Notes: generated from the sequence alone by a model not told the origin. A DNA stretch of 64,000 bases from Candidatus Omnitrophota bacterium (GCA_028716565.1 JAQUPL010000003.1:66029-130028), one strand, 5' to 3'; shown: positions 55,077 through 64,000, counted from the first letter of the stretch. Translations and numbers: made by a program.

Positions 55077-57056
55077 ATGCCCTTGAAAAGGACCCTTTTC
55101 ACAGCACCTTTCCTTATAGCGCTGCTTTTTATCCTGCCCGCGTCCCGCGCCTCCGAAAGGATACTCTCCTTTGACAGCCGCATCGCCGTCCATCCGGACT
55201 CGACGATGACCGTCACCGAAACGATAAAAGTAAATGCCGAGGGCAGCCGGATAAAGCGGGGGATCTACCGCGATTTTCCCACTATGTACAGAGGCGGTTA
55301 TAGGGTCGGGTTCAATATTAAAGAAGTAAAGAGGGACGGCGCCCCGGACGGCTACCATACGGAGAACCTCCCGAACGGCGTGCGCGTTTATATCGGGAAG
55401 AGCGGCGTATTTATCTCCCGGGGCGAACATACCTATGAATTGACTTATAATACCGACAGGCAGCTCGGTTTCTTCGAAGACCACGACGAGCTTTACTGGA
55501 ATGTCACGGGTAATGGGTGGATATTCCCCATAGACCGGGCGTCAGCCACCGTCATCCTGCCCGGCGGCATCCCGGAGGACCGGATAAGGACCGAGGCGTA
55601 TACAGGACCCCAAGGATCAAAAGCGAAAGAATTTAATGTTTCCCGGCGTGACGGAAATCCTTACTTTTTAACGACGAGGCCATTAAGGCCTTACGAGGGC
55701 CTCACGATAGTTGCCGGCTGGCCCAAGGGTTACATAACCCAGCCGCAGGCTGTTTCGAGGCCGAAAGAAGCCGAGGACCTGCCGCCGCCGTCCGGCTCGA
55801 CGAGCGGGACTTTTCGTTTTCTTATGCCGTCCCCCGGCAAGATGATCCTGGGCGAGGCGCTCATATTAGTGATCGTAATATATTATATTTTAGTCTGGGC
55901 GAAGGTCGGCAGAGACCCGGAGAAGGGCGTCATCGTTCCGCTCTTCGCGCCGCCCAAAGGCATATCTCCGGCCGCATGCCGTTATATTTCTAAGATGTCC
56001 TATGACAACAAAGCTTTCGCCGCCTCGCTCATAGATATGGCCGTAAAGGGCAATATCGAGATAATCGAGGAGGTGAAGGGCAAGTATGAGATCAAGCGGA
56101 AGGGCGCAGACCTTTCCGGGCTTACGAACGACGAGAAGAAGGTGTTCGACATCCTCCTTAAGGGTTCAGAACACCTTGATCTGGACCAGGAGAACCACGT
56201 AAAGATAAAAGGCGCAATAACCTCACTCAAGGATGCCCTTAAGACGGCATACGAAAAGGTATACTTCCTCACCAATACGCAATATTTCGTCCCGGGCGCG
56301 GTCCTATCGTTCGTCATCCTGGCGCTGTGCGCCTTCGTGACATCGCCGTCGATCACGCCGGAAAGGATAGCCGCGATGGTCTTCATGTGCGTATGGCTCT
56401 CCCTGTGGACCGTGGGCGTCATAGCGCTGCTTATGGCCACGATAACGGCCTGGAAGAAACTCTTTTCAAGCGGCAGGTTCTATTATATAGGCGAGCCGCT
56501 CTTCCTTTCGCTCTTTTCGGCGCCGTTCATATTCTTCGAGATAATGGGCCTGGGTTTCTTAACCGCGGCGTCTTCATTGTTGATGCCGGTTGCGCTCTTC
56601 GAGATCATATTCATCAATGTCCTTTTTTACCACTTGCTCAAGGCGCGGACGCTTGCCGGCAGGAGCGTAATGGATTCGATAGAGGGATTCAAGATGTACC
56701 TCGGCACGGCGGAAAAAGACGAGATAAGGAGCATGGGCGCCCCTGCCCGGACCCCGCAGATCTTCGAAAGATATCTTCCTTATGCCATCGCGCTGGATGT
56801 CGAGAATGCATGGGCGGAATATTTCACCGACGTACTTTCAAAGGCGAGCGTGGACGGGAAAGGGTATTCTCCGGGCTGGTATTCGGGCACGTCTTATAGC
56901 ACGTTTAGCGCCGCGGGCTTCGCGTCGGCGATGGGGACGTCGCTTTCCGGCGCCATATCGTCTTCTTCAGCCGCCCCGGGTTCAAGTTCCGGTTTTAGCG
57001 GAGGTGGCGGAGGCGGAGGAGGAGGCGGCGGCGGTGGTGGGGGAGGAGGCTGGTAA
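55077..57056 (+). CDS. DUF2207 domain membrane protein with C-terminal poly-Gly tail
   Basis: Signal peptide, extracytoplasmic domain, 3-4 TM helices, C-terminal [19 protein letters not shown]; gene immediately follows lemA. Confidence 0.75.
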   Translation: MPLKRTLFTAPFLIALLFILPASRASERILSFDSRIAVHPDSTMTVTETIKVNAEGSRIKRGIYRDFPTMYRGGYRVGFNIKEVKRDGAPDGYHTENLPNGVRVYIGKSGVFISRGEHTYELTYNTDRQLGFFEDHDELYWNVTGNGWIFPIDRASATVILPGGIPEDRIRTEAYTGPQGSKAKEFNVSRRDGNPYFLTTRPLRPYEGLTIVAGWPKGYITQPQAVSRPKEAEDLPPPSGSTSGTFRFLMPSPGKMILGEALILVIVIYYILVWAKVGRDPEKGVIVPLFAPPKGISPAACRYISKMSYDNKAFAASLIDMAVKGNIEIIEEVKGKYEIKRKGADLSGLTNDEKKVFDILLKGSEHLDLDQENHVKIKGAITSLKDALKTAYEKVYFLTNTQYFVPGAVLSFVILALCAFVTSPSITPERIAAMVFMCVWLSLWTVGVIALLMATITAWKKLFSSGRFYYIGEPLFLSLFSAPFIFFEIMGLGFLTAASSLLMPVALFEIIFINVLFYHLLKARTLAGRSVMDSIEGFKMYLGTAEKDEIRSMGAPARTPQIFERYLPYAIALDVENAWAEYFTDVLSKASVDGKGYSPGWYSGTSYSTFSAAGFASAMGTSLSGAISSSSAAPGSSSGFSGGGGGGGGGGGGGGGGGW

Positions 57057-58108
57057 TGATGGAGATACTGACAGGCTTAATAAAAGAGATCTGGCACACA
57101 TTCAGCACGGCCGCGCCATATATTATTTTCGGCACTTTTATGGCGGGGTTCATCCATATTTTCTTTGACCGCGAAAAAGTGGTAAAGCACCTCGGCAAGC
57201 CGGGGCTCAAGTCGGTATTTTTGGCGGCCCTGTTCGGCATACCTTTGCCGCTCTGCTCGTGCGGCGTCCTGCCGACGGCGATGTCGTTGCGCAAGAGCGG
57301 CGCCTCGAAGGGAGCGACACTTTCATTCTTGATATCTACGCCCGAGACAGGCATCGACTCGATATTCCTCACATACGCGTTGCTCGACCCGCTGATGACC
57401 GTATTCCGGCCTTTCGCGGCGCTTATTACCGCCCTGGTGGCCGGCATATCGGAAAACCTCTTCGGGAAGAAAGAAAAACCCGCGGCCGCGCCGAAGGAAG
57501 AAAAATGCGTCTTCTGCGAAGAGAACGGGCACGAACACGCGCACGCGCATTCCTTCTTCAGCAAATTCGCGCACTCGATGGAATACGCTTTTGTGGACCT
57601 GCTCGGGGATATTGCCCTCTGGCTCACCCTGGGCATAATAGCCGGAGGCGTGATATCGTATTTCGTGCCGGCGAGTTTGATCGAGAATTACCTCGGCTAC
57701 GACTTGCGCGCGATGTTCATAATGCTTTTGATAGGGATACCTTTGTATATCTGCGCGTCGGCCTCGACGCCTATCGCGGCGGCGCTCATCGCGAAGGGGA
57801 TGAGCCCGGGCGTGGCGCTCGTATTTTTGCTCGCCGGGCCGGCGACGAATACCGCCGGGATAATCACTATAGCGAAGTTTTTAGGGAAGAGGACGGTCGT
57901 TATCTATCTTTTGGCAATATCGGCATGCACGATCGGCATGGGGCTCCTCCTGAATTATATCTACAAGACTTTCCATATCGACATAATGGCTGTCCTCGGC
58001 AAGGGCTCACATATGCATCTCGCGCAGGACGCGGGCCTTGTCGCAGGACCACTGCTCATCATCCTCATGATAAACGCCCTGCGCAGAAAGATTGCTTGCC
58101 CGGCATGA
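57056..58108 (+). CDS. DUF318/ArsP-type permease
   Basis: Polytopic; LPLCSCGVLP motif and a central His-rich cytoplasmic loop (ENGHEHAHAHS). Confidence 0.6.
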   Translation: MMEILTGLIKEIWHTFSTAAPYIIFGTFMAGFIHIFFDREKVVKHLGKPGLKSVFLAALFGIPLPLCSCGVLPTAMSLRKSGASKGATLSFLISTPETGIDSIFLTYALLDPLMTVFRPFAALITALVAGISENLFGKKEKPAAAPKEEKCVFCEENGHEHAHAHSFFSKFAHSMEYAFVDLLGDIALWLTLGIIAGGVISYFVPASLIENYLGYDLRAMFIMLLIGIPLYICASASTPIAAALIAKGMSPGVALVFLLAGPATNTAGIITIAKFLGKRTVVIYLLAISACTIGMGLLLNYIYKTFHIDIMAVLGKGSHMHLAQDAGLVAGPLLIILMINALRRKIACPA

Positions 58109-58113
58109 ATTAC

Positions 58114-58166
58114 GGTGACAGTATACTTAATTATTGGACGAATGGGGAATTAAGTATACTGTCACT
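58114..58166. repeat. palindromic element A1 (GGTGACAGTATACTTAATT...AATTAAGTATACTGTCAC)
   Basis: Perfect 17-bp inverted arms at 58116-58132 and 58148-58164 around a 15-nt spacer; member of the GGTGACAG family. Confidence 0.8.
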
Positions 58167-58205
58167 ATAATTATTTGTATAATATAAGCAAGAAAGCGTT
58201 AAAGT

Positions 58206-59144
58206 ATGATCAAATTCATAAAAAACCTTAAAACGAACGATACGATCGAGGATGTGTATTTCCTTAAGAAGAAGGAGCTCGCGCTAACGCAAGGCGGCAA
58301 ACCTTACCTCAAGCTGACCCTCTCGGACAAATCCGGCCGGATGGAAGCGAAGATGTGGGAGAATGCCGAGGCCGCCGACGAGATGGTCGCCACAGGCGCG
58401 GCGGTCTTTGTCCAGGGCCGCGTCGATTCGTTCAAGGGCGACCTGCAGATACGCGTCGACCAGATCCGGATCGCCGACCCGAAAGAATATAAATTCGAAG
58501 ACCTCGTCCGCTCGGTCGAGAAGCCTGACGAAATATTCAAGAATATCAAGGGGATGCTCGACGGGATCTCCGAAAAATGGCTCGCGGAGCTGGCGAAAGA
58601 ATTTCTCGCAGACGAAGAGCTCATGGCGAAATTCAAAAAATCGCCGGGCGCGCAGAGCTGGCACAATGCATACATCGGCGGGCTGATGGAACACACGTAT
58701 GAAGTGATGCGCATCAGCGGCGTGGTCTGCGACCTCTATACCGAGGCGGACCGCGACATCGTGATGATCGGCGCGTTTGCCCACGACATCGGCAAGACGG
58801 TCGAGCTTGACATCAACACCTTCGAATATACGGTCGACGGCGGGCTGATCGGCCACTTGACGCTCGGCTACGAGATGGTGTCCGGGAAGATAAAAGATAT
58901 CAAGGGTTTCCCCAGGGAGCTCGCCCTGCGCCTCAAACACATCATCCTAAGCCACCACGGTGAATACGAACAGCAGTCGCCGATACTGCCGAAGACACTC
59001 GAGGCGACGATCGTCTACCAGGCCGACGAGCTCGTCTCGCAGGCGAACGCGGTCAAGGAGATCATCACCCAGCAGTCCGGCGGCGACAAAGTCTGGTCGT
59101 CGTTCGTAAGCCTCAAGAGCCGCAAATATCTGCTAAAGAAATAA
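58206..59144 (+). CDS. YhaM-like 3'-5' exoribonuclease (OB-fold + HD domain)
   Basis: N-terminal OB-fold; HD-domain residues H…HD…H (HNAYIGGLMEHT; AFAHDIGK). Confidence 0.7.
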   Translation: MIKFIKNLKTNDTIEDVYFLKKKELALTQGGKPYLKLTLSDKSGRMEAKMWENAEAADEMVATGAAVFVQGRVDSFKGDLQIRVDQIRIADPKEYKFEDLVRSVEKPDEIFKNIKGMLDGISEKWLAELAKEFLADEELMAKFKKSPGAQSWHNAYIGGLMEHTYEVMRISGVVCDLYTEADRDIVMIGAFAHDIGKTVELDINTFEYTVDGGLIGHLTLGYEMVSGKIKDIKGFPRELALRLKHIILSHHGEYEQQSPILPKTLEATIVYQADELVSQANAVKEIITQQSGGDKVWSSFVSLKSRKYLLKK

Positions 59145-59169
59145 TTAAGGTGACAGTATACTTAATTAT
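59143..59169. repeat. palindromic element A2 (AATTAAGGTGACAGTATACTTAATTAT)
   Basis: Overlaps the yhaM-like stop codon and lies immediately 5' of the osmC RBS. Confidence 0.8.
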
Positions 59170-59180
59170 GAGGAGGAAAA

Positions 59181-59561
59181 ATGTATCACGTAGACGTATT
59201 GTGCAAGGAAGACAGCGTTTTTAACGTCAAGGCGGGCACGGCGGGCATTACGATAGACATGAGCGAGAAGAACCTGTCCCCGCTGCATGCGCTCCTCGGG
59301 GCGTTCGGCTCGTGCGTAGGCGTTTTTGTCAGGAAGTATGCCGACAACCTGAAACTCCCCATCAAGGAATTCAGCGTCTGCGTAGAGTCCGACCTCGTGA
59401 AAGAGAATCCGATGGGTTTCCGCTATATAAGCGTCTCAATAGACTTAAAAGGCGTGGAACTGGACGATACAAAGAGGGAAGGCCTGATGCGCTTCATAGG
59501 GAATTGCCCGGTGGGTAACACGCTGCGCGGCAACCCGGAAATAAACGTTGTCCTTAAATAA
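59181..59561 (+). CDS. OsmC/Ohr family peroxiredoxin-like protein
   Basis: Two conserved Cys regions (LGAFGSCVGV; IGNCPVG) in the OsmC fold; GAGGAGG RBS. Confidence 0.75.
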   Translation: MYHVDVLCKEDSVFNVKAGTAGITIDMSEKNLSPLHALLGAFGSCVGVFVRKYADNLKLPIKEFSVCVESDLVKENPMGFRYISVSIDLKGVELDDTKREGLMRFIGNCPVGNTLRGNPEINVVLK

Positions 59562-59584
59562 TTAAGTATACTGTCACCTTAATT
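59558..59584. repeat. palindromic element A3 = exact reverse complement of A2
   Basis: ATAATTAAGTATACTGTCACCTTAATT; overlaps the osmC stop, so osmC is bracketed by perfect 27-bp inverted repeats. Confidence 0.8.
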
Positions 59585-59918
59585 ATTTCAATATTCTTAT
59601 CGAAGTCGCCGAGCCGATATTTTCCGTTATGGCGGTGCCTGTCGCGTTCACGTGGCAGCCCCTCTTTATCGCCTCTAAGGTGACCGGTTTATAATCGATC
59701 CCATAGAACTGGGTATCGGGAGTGATCTCGAATAAAACCCTCTCGCCGTTGTCGTCAGTGACCGCGATCGTCGGTTTCAGCCCCCTGGACGGGTCGGCCG
59801 ATTTCGCGGAAGTCACCTTACCCGTAATGCTCTGCGTCTTGACCTTTGCCTCTGCCGGCGCGGCGGAAAAAGAAACCACAACCGCACCAAGCAATACCGC
59901 TAACATTATTTTTTTCAT
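59583..59918 (-). CDS. hypothetical small secreted protein
   Basis: Signal peptide MKKIMLAVLLGAVVVSFSAAPAEA; AAGGAG RBS on the minus strand. Confidence 0.4.
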   Translation of the reverse strand: MKKIMLAVLLGAVVVSFSAAPAEAKVKTQSITGKVTSAKSADPSRGLKPTIAVTDDNGERVLFEITPDTQFYGIDYKPVTLEAIKRGCHVNATGTAITENIGSATSIRILK

Positions 59919-59928
59919 TCCGCTCCTT

Positions 59929-59961
59929 GAATAATTAAGTGAGCTGTTACCATAATTATTC
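59929..59961. repeat. palindromic element A4 (degenerate: GAATAATTAAGTGAGCTGTTACCATAATTATTC)
   Basis: Same AATTAAG...TAATTAT arms around a diverged GGTAACAGCTCACT core; overlaps the stop of the gene at 59956. Confidence 0.55.
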
Positions 59962-60288
59962 GGTGAGTTTGACGGATTTCGCCAGCCCGACCCCGCCCTC
60001 TAGGTTATCGTATTCTATCTCGACCGGGTCGTTCTGGTTGATATTGCCGAGGCTTATCGGCTCGCCTATCGGGCCGGAGATGACGGTTGCGGCTGTCACG
60101 TAGAAGAGTATAGTGACGCCGGACTCATCTACGACTGAAATAGTGGAATCCTCGCCCTCTACCTGCGCCACCGTGACCGTATCTACCTGCGCGGCGAGAG
60201 TTCCGCTGGTGCCGTCGGCCTGGACAGTCCCCAAACCCGCAAAAAGGGTAAAAGAGACAACCGATAACATAATAATAGCAGTTTTCAT
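59956..60288 (-). CDS. hypothetical small secreted protein
   Basis: Signal peptide MKTAIIMLSVVSFTLFAGLGTVQA; AAGGAGG RBS; Thr/Val-rich beta-type composition. Confidence 0.4.
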   Translation of the reverse strand: MKTAIIMLSVVSFTLFAGLGTVQADGTSGTLAAQVDTVTVAQVEGEDSTISVVDESGVTILFYVTAATVISGPIGEPISLGNINQNDPVEIEYDNLEGGVGLAKSVKLTE

Positions 60289-60335
60289 TGCGCCCTCCTT
60301 GGAGTATAATTATACCATCCAATTATAGCACAAAT

Positions 60336-63300
60336 ATGATCAATCTGAACACCCAGCAAAAATTAGCCGCCGAGACCCTCGACGGCCCCGTATTAGTCCT
60401 TGCCGGACCCGGAACAGGAAAGACCGAGCTGCTTTCCGTCCGTGCGGCGAACATAATCAAGGCAAAGAAGGCCCGCCCCGAGAATATCCTCATCCTCACA
60501 TACACAAATGCCGCCGCGAAGGCGATGAAAGAGCGCCTCGTCAATCTCTTGGGCGCCGACGCGTATAATATCGAGACCGCGACGTTCCACAGCTTCGCGA
60601 ATTCAGTCGTCCTCGAGTCCGAGGAAGCCGCCGAATACATCCAGGAACGCGTCCAGATAACCGACATCGAGCAGATAAAGCTCCTCGAATACATTTTGGA
60701 TAATACAGACGGTATCGACAAGATCCGGCCGTTCCGCGCGCCGTACGCTTTTGAGCGCGAGATAAGCCAGCGCATAACCGAGCTTAAACGTGAAGGCGTT
60801 TCGCCGGCGCAGTTCGCCAAGATAATAGAAAAAACCGAGCCTGACGGGGCCTATATCGAAGAAAAACATATAGAACGGCTCAAGGCCCTGGCTACCGTAT
60901 ATAAGCTGTATGAAGAGTACAAAGCGGGCAAAAATAAGGCACTTTTCGATGACCGGGGCAGGTACGATTACGATGATATGATACTTTTCGCGGTCGAGGC
61001 GATCCGCAATGAACCCGAACTTAAAGCGGCCCTCCAAAAACAATATACCTACATCATGGTCGACGAGTTCCAGGACACCAACGGTGCCCAGATGGACCTG
61101 TTGTTTGAGTTGGTAGGAGATTTTGGTGACAGTTTCTCTAATTCCCGTACCAAGGGGTCTGAATTAGGTAACTGTCACCAAAATCTCTGTTGCGTCGGCG
61201 ATGACGACCAGTCAATATTCCGCTTCCAGGGTGCATCGGTCGCGAATTTCCGCGAACTCAAAAAAAGATTTCCGAAATTAAAAGAGATCCCGCTCGAGAA
61301 AAACTATCGCTCGACCAAAGAGATAATCTCGCTCGCCGGGCGCATAATAAATAACCTTCCGGTAAAAGAGCGCGTCCACGCCAAAGAGCTCGCGCCTGAG
61401 ACAGATTTTAAGAAAAAGACGATCGAATACGACGAATTCACGACCGAGACCGAGGAACTGCTCTTCATCGCGCGCCGCATAAAGGAGATAGCGAATAAAG
61501 AGGAGGTTCCTCTGGATGAAGTCGCCGTTCTCGTGCGCCAGCGTGATGATATCCTCAAGATCGTAGACACTTTCCTGCGCGCAGGCATCCCGTACGCCAC
61601 CGACGGCAAGGAGGATATCGCCGGCGAGAAACGCGTCCGCCAGATGCTCGACGTGCTCTATTTCGCGCACACGCCTGACCTCGACATCGAGCAGAAGGAC
61701 GCCTATCTTTACCGCATTTTGACCGCCGATTATATGCAGATCCCGATGAACGACGTCCTGCGCTTCATCGCCGGCGTCCGGGTGAAAAAATATGAACAGC
61801 GCAAGAAGGGCGAAGCACCGACGGTTTCAATGTTCAGTGAAATCATGAATTCGGTGACAGCTTCTAAGATTGGTGACAAGAATTTGGTGACTGCTTCTCT
61901 AATTCCCGCTAAAAGTGGTAATGAATTAGGTAGCTGTCACCAAATTCTTTCTAGTTTGCTTTTCGAAGCCGAATCTCGCCCCGTCCACGCCATGCTCATG
62001 CAATACATCAAAGACGCCGGCGTCATGAAATTTATCCTCGATAAGTATAATAAAAACGACCTCCTTCGTATCCGCGACCTGCGCGCGCTCACGTCATTCG
62101 TCAACATGGTCAAGGAATCCGACATCGCGCGCCCGGGCATCACGCTCAAGGAATTCATCGACGAGCTGGAGACGCGCAAGGCCCACGGCATGTCCCTGCA
62201 GGGCGAGCTCGTCACGGCGACACAGGAAGGCGTGCGCATCTACACGGCCCACGGCTCAAAAGGCCTCGAATTCCACACGGTATTCATCCCGTTCTGCCTC
62301 GAGAAGAAGCGCTGGCCGAAGCGGCCGCAGGGCGTCTCGATCCCGCTCCCGCCCGAGGTCTACAAGTCGAAGGAGGTCCCGACCGACAAGGATATCTTAA
62401 AACAGCTCGATTATTACGACGAGACGCGCCTCTTCTACGTCGCCTCGACGCGCGCCAAGGCGAACCTCATCTACACCGCCAGCCCGACCGAGAGCGCGAT
62501 CCCGAGCTCGTACCTTACGGGCGTGGCCGATGGGGGAGCCGCCGCCAAGAAAGAAGAGGACCTGCTCAAAGCCGCGCTCGAGATAACCGACGCAGAAGAC
62601 CCGTTCATCGGCACCGACAAGATATTGAAAGATCTTGTCGCCGGCATCTCGCTCAACCCCACATCGCTCAACAATTATATAAATTGCCCGCGCAAATATC
62701 TCTATGATAACGCCCTGATGCTGCCGTCGGGCAAGAAGCAGCCGCTCGTCTTCGGTAACTGCACCCACAAGGCGCTGGAAAATACCTATGATAAATTCAT
62801 GAAGACCGGCAAATTCCCGGATTTTGCGTTCTTTAAGGAGGCGTTCGCCAAAGAGTTAAACCACGAAGCCCCGGAAGCGGCGATAAAGACCGCCTGCCTG
62901 CGCCAGGTCGAGACGTTCAAGGCCTGGTTCAAGGAAGAGTCGCGCCTGCCGGTCAAGCCGCTCGGCCTCGAGAAACGGCTCGTGGTTATGCTTGAAGACG
63001 ACCTTAAATTTTCCGGAAAGTATGATAAAACCGAGCCCGTTGGCACCGCCGCCGTTCGTGTGATAGATTACAAGACCGGCGAGCCGGACAAGCACGTCAA
63101 GGGCATAAACAGTTCGCTCTCGAAAGAGATCCCGGTTGCAAGCGATGAGTTCGAAGGATATTTGCGCCAGCTCATCGCGTACAAACTACTCTTCGACCGC
63201 GATAAGAATGAATCGCAGGGCCGCAAGGTAAAGGAGGGGGTGCTCGTCTTCCTCGACCCGGCCAAAGAGTCGGTTGCCAAGCACGACCTCAAGGCGGGCG

Positions 63301-63485
63301 GATTCGTCAAGAAGAAGGTCGAGCTGACCGAGGATATGGTCGCCGAGCTCGAGTCGGCCATCAAGGACGTCCGTCACCGCATCAAGAAGCTCGACTTCGC
63401 CAAACTGCCGGAGATCGACGAGAAACCCGGCAAATGCGGCCAGGGCAACAATAAATGCGATTTTTACGATATCTGCTGGGGATAG
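60336..63485 (+). CDS. UvrD/PcrA-family SF1 helicase fused to a C-terminal PD-(D/E)xK nuclease with Cas4/AddB-like Cys cluster
   Basis: Motif I AGPGTGKT, motif II DEFQDTN, motif III VGDDDQSIFRFQGA; C-terminus has YINCPRKY...DYKTGEP...KCGQGNNKCDFYDIC (C-x6-C-x5-C); contains two in-frame palindromic-element insertions. Confidence 0.75.
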   Translation: MINLNTQQKLAAETLDGPVLVLAGPGTGKTELLSVRAANIIKAKKARPENILILTYTNAAAKAMKERLVNLLGADAYNIETATFHSFANSVVLESEEAAEYIQERVQITDIEQIKLLEYILDNTDGIDKIRPFRAPYAFEREISQRITELKREGVSPAQFAKIIEKTEPDGAYIEEKHIERLKALATVYKLYEEYKAGKNKALFDDRGRYDYDDMILFAVEAIRNEPELKAALQKQYTYIMVDEFQDTNGAQMDLLFELVGDFGDSFSNSRTKGSELGNCHQNLCCVGDDDQSIFRFQGASVANFRELKKRFPKLKEIPLEKNYRSTKEIISLAGRIINNLPVKERVHAKELAPETDFKKKTIEYDEFTTETEELLFIARRIKEIANKEEVPLDEVAVLVRQRDDILKIVDTFLRAGIPYATDGKEDIAGEKRVRQMLDVLYFAHTPDLDIEQKDAYLYRILTADYMQIPMNDVLRFIAGVRVKKYEQRKKGEAPTVSMFSEIMNSVTASKIGDKNLVTASLIPAKSGNELGSCHQILSSLLFEAESRPVHAMLMQYIKDAGVMKFILDKYNKNDLLRIRDLRALTSFVNMVKESDIARPGITLKEFIDELETRKAHGMSLQGELVTATQEGVRIYTAHGSKGLEFHTVFIPFCLEKKRWPKRPQGVSIPLPPEVYKSKEVPTDKDILKQLDYYDETRLFYVASTRAKANLIYTASPTESAIPSSYLTGVADGGAAAKKEEDLLKAALEITDAEDPFIGTDKILKDLVAGISLNPTSLNNYINCPRKYLYDNALMLPSGKKQPLVFGNCTHKALENTYDKFMKTGKFPDFAFFKEAFAKELNHEAPEAAIKTACLRQVETFKAWFKEESRLPVKPLGLEKRLVVMLEDDLKFSGKYDKTEPVGTAAVRVIDYKTGEPDKHVKGINSSLSKEIPVASDEFEGYLRQLIAYKLLFDRDKNESQGRKVKEGVLVFLDPAKESVAKHDLKAGGFVKKKVELTEDMVAELESAIKDVRHRIKKLDFAKLPEIDEKPGKCGQGNNKCDFYDICWG
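61119..61185. repeat. palindromic element B1, in frame inside the helicase gene
   Basis: GATTTTGGTGACAGTT...AACTGTCACCAAAATC with perfect 16-bp arms plus inner CTAATTC/GAATTAG pairing; encodes ~22 extra residues between helicase motifs II and III. Confidence 0.8.
61847..61947. repeat. palindromic element B2 (composite, three left half-sites), in frame inside the helicase gene
   Basis: GAATTCGGTGACAGCT / TTGGTGACAAG / GAATTTGGTGACTGCT...AGCTGTCACCAAATTC; encodes ~33 residues (NSVTASKIGDKNLVTASLIPAKSGNELGSCHQI). Confidence 0.75.
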
Positions 63486-63491
63486 AAAGGT

Positions 63492-63561
63492 GAATTTTGG
63501 TGACTGCTCCTTAATTCCCCTATATACTTATTGTGAATTAAGGTAGCTGTCACCAAAATTC
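63492..63561. repeat. palindromic element B3 between the helicase gene and the NYN gene
   Basis: GAATTTTGGTGACTGCT...AGCTGTCACCAAAATTC; starts 7 nt after the helicase stop and ends 12 nt before the NYN start. Confidence 0.8.
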
Positions 63562-63573
63562 TTGGTTTATAAT

Positions 63574-63945
63574 ATGCCCATACTCATCGACGGCTGGAAC
63601 ATGGTTCGCCACGAAGGTTCAGGGATAGATCATGACGACGCCTTGGCCGGCGCAATGCACCTGATCGCCATCCTGGAGAAGTTCCAGGAGACCCACGCCG
63701 ACCCCATCACCCTTGTATTCGACAGCAAGAATGAATATCTCGATATACCGAACAGGAGCACGGCGAAACTGCATATCGTCGCGGCCCGGAACGCCGATTC
63801 TTACATAAAGAAACACATCGACCAGATCCCGCCGCGCCAGCGCCGCAACCTTCGCGTCGTCTCCTCCGACCGCTCGCTGTATTTTTATGCGAAGGATGCG
63901 CGGGCTACGCCGATGAAATGTGAGGAGTTTTGGGGTAAGGTATGA
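63574..63945 (+). CDS. NYN-domain (YacP/Rae1-like) putative ribonuclease
   Basis: MPILIDGWNMVRH resembles the LIDGYN signature of YacP/NYN PIN-like nucleases; acidic residues spaced as in PIN folds. Confidence 0.55.
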   Translation: MPILIDGWNMVRHEGSGIDHDDALAGAMHLIAILEKFQETHADPITLVFDSKNEYLDIPNRSTAKLHIVAARNADSYIKKHIDQIPPRQRRNLRVVSSDRSLYFYAKDARATPMKCEEFWGKV

Positions 63946-64000
63946 AAATTTCTGAAAGAAATTTTAACTTTTTGTCGTCTATATACTAGAGGATTATTAT

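Noticed and set aside
56990-57056. GGN-rich nucleotide repeat (ggaggtggcggaggcggaggagga...)
   Set aside because: Encodes the poly-Gly C-terminal tail typical of DUF2207 proteins, not a mobile or regulatory repeat.
57259-58170. 303-aa + strand ORF in an alternative frame across the ArsP-type permease gene
   Set aside because: Extremely Arg/Gly/Pro-rich, no RBS, and completely overlaps a membrane-protein gene with good hydropathy periodicity.
1-64000. CRISPR arrays, integrases, transposases
   Set aside because: No spaced direct-repeat arrays and no recombinase or transposase ORFs were found anywhere in the window; the palindromic elements lack an associated enzyme here.

Overview
This 64-kb window looks like a chromosomal segment from an anaerobic bacterium. 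Anaerobe markers are a four-subunit 2-oxoacid:ferredoxin oxidoreductase, a Rex-linked [FeFe] hydrogenase operon, rubrerythrin and five radical-SAM enzymes; a PEP-CTERM protein is also present. Coding is dense and almost entirely on the + strand. Recognisable housekeeping genes include typA, yajQ, tadA, dnaX, recR, ychF, cspA, hemW, bioY and mgtA, plus a ribose-type sugar ABC transporter, a GH3 beta-glucosidase, a GH130 phosphorylase, an ECF sigma factor with a putative anti-sigma, and a LemA/DUF2207 pair. I find four tRNA genes: Ser-GGA, Arg-ACG, Ser-GCU and Asn-GUU. The findings I rate highest are: (1) tRNA-Asn appears split in its anticodon loop by a 233-nt group-I-intron-like insertion. A small GIY-YIG gene sits just upstream, bracketed by duplicated tRNA 5' sequence, and an AT-rich ~3-kb island follows the tRNA 3' end. 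(2) A previously unrecognised-looking family of palindromic MITE-like elements (core GGTGACAG / CTGTCACC) occurs in seven copies between 58.1 and 63.6 kb. Two copies flank an osmC-like gene as perfect 27-bp inverted repeats, and two lie in-frame inside a 1049-aa UvrD-helicase/Fe-S-nuclease gene. (3) A methyltransferase is followed by two tandem paralogous zinc-ribbon radical-SAM proteins. (4) The Rex-regulated hydrogenase operon has a NuoF::GltD fusion subunit, and its HydA has a non-canonical H-cluster cysteine pattern (TSCSP / MCCPGGC). (5) A strongly supported 57-aa CxxC-x17-CxxC gene is absent from the ORF track. All calls are from reading the sequence and translations; no database searches were run.
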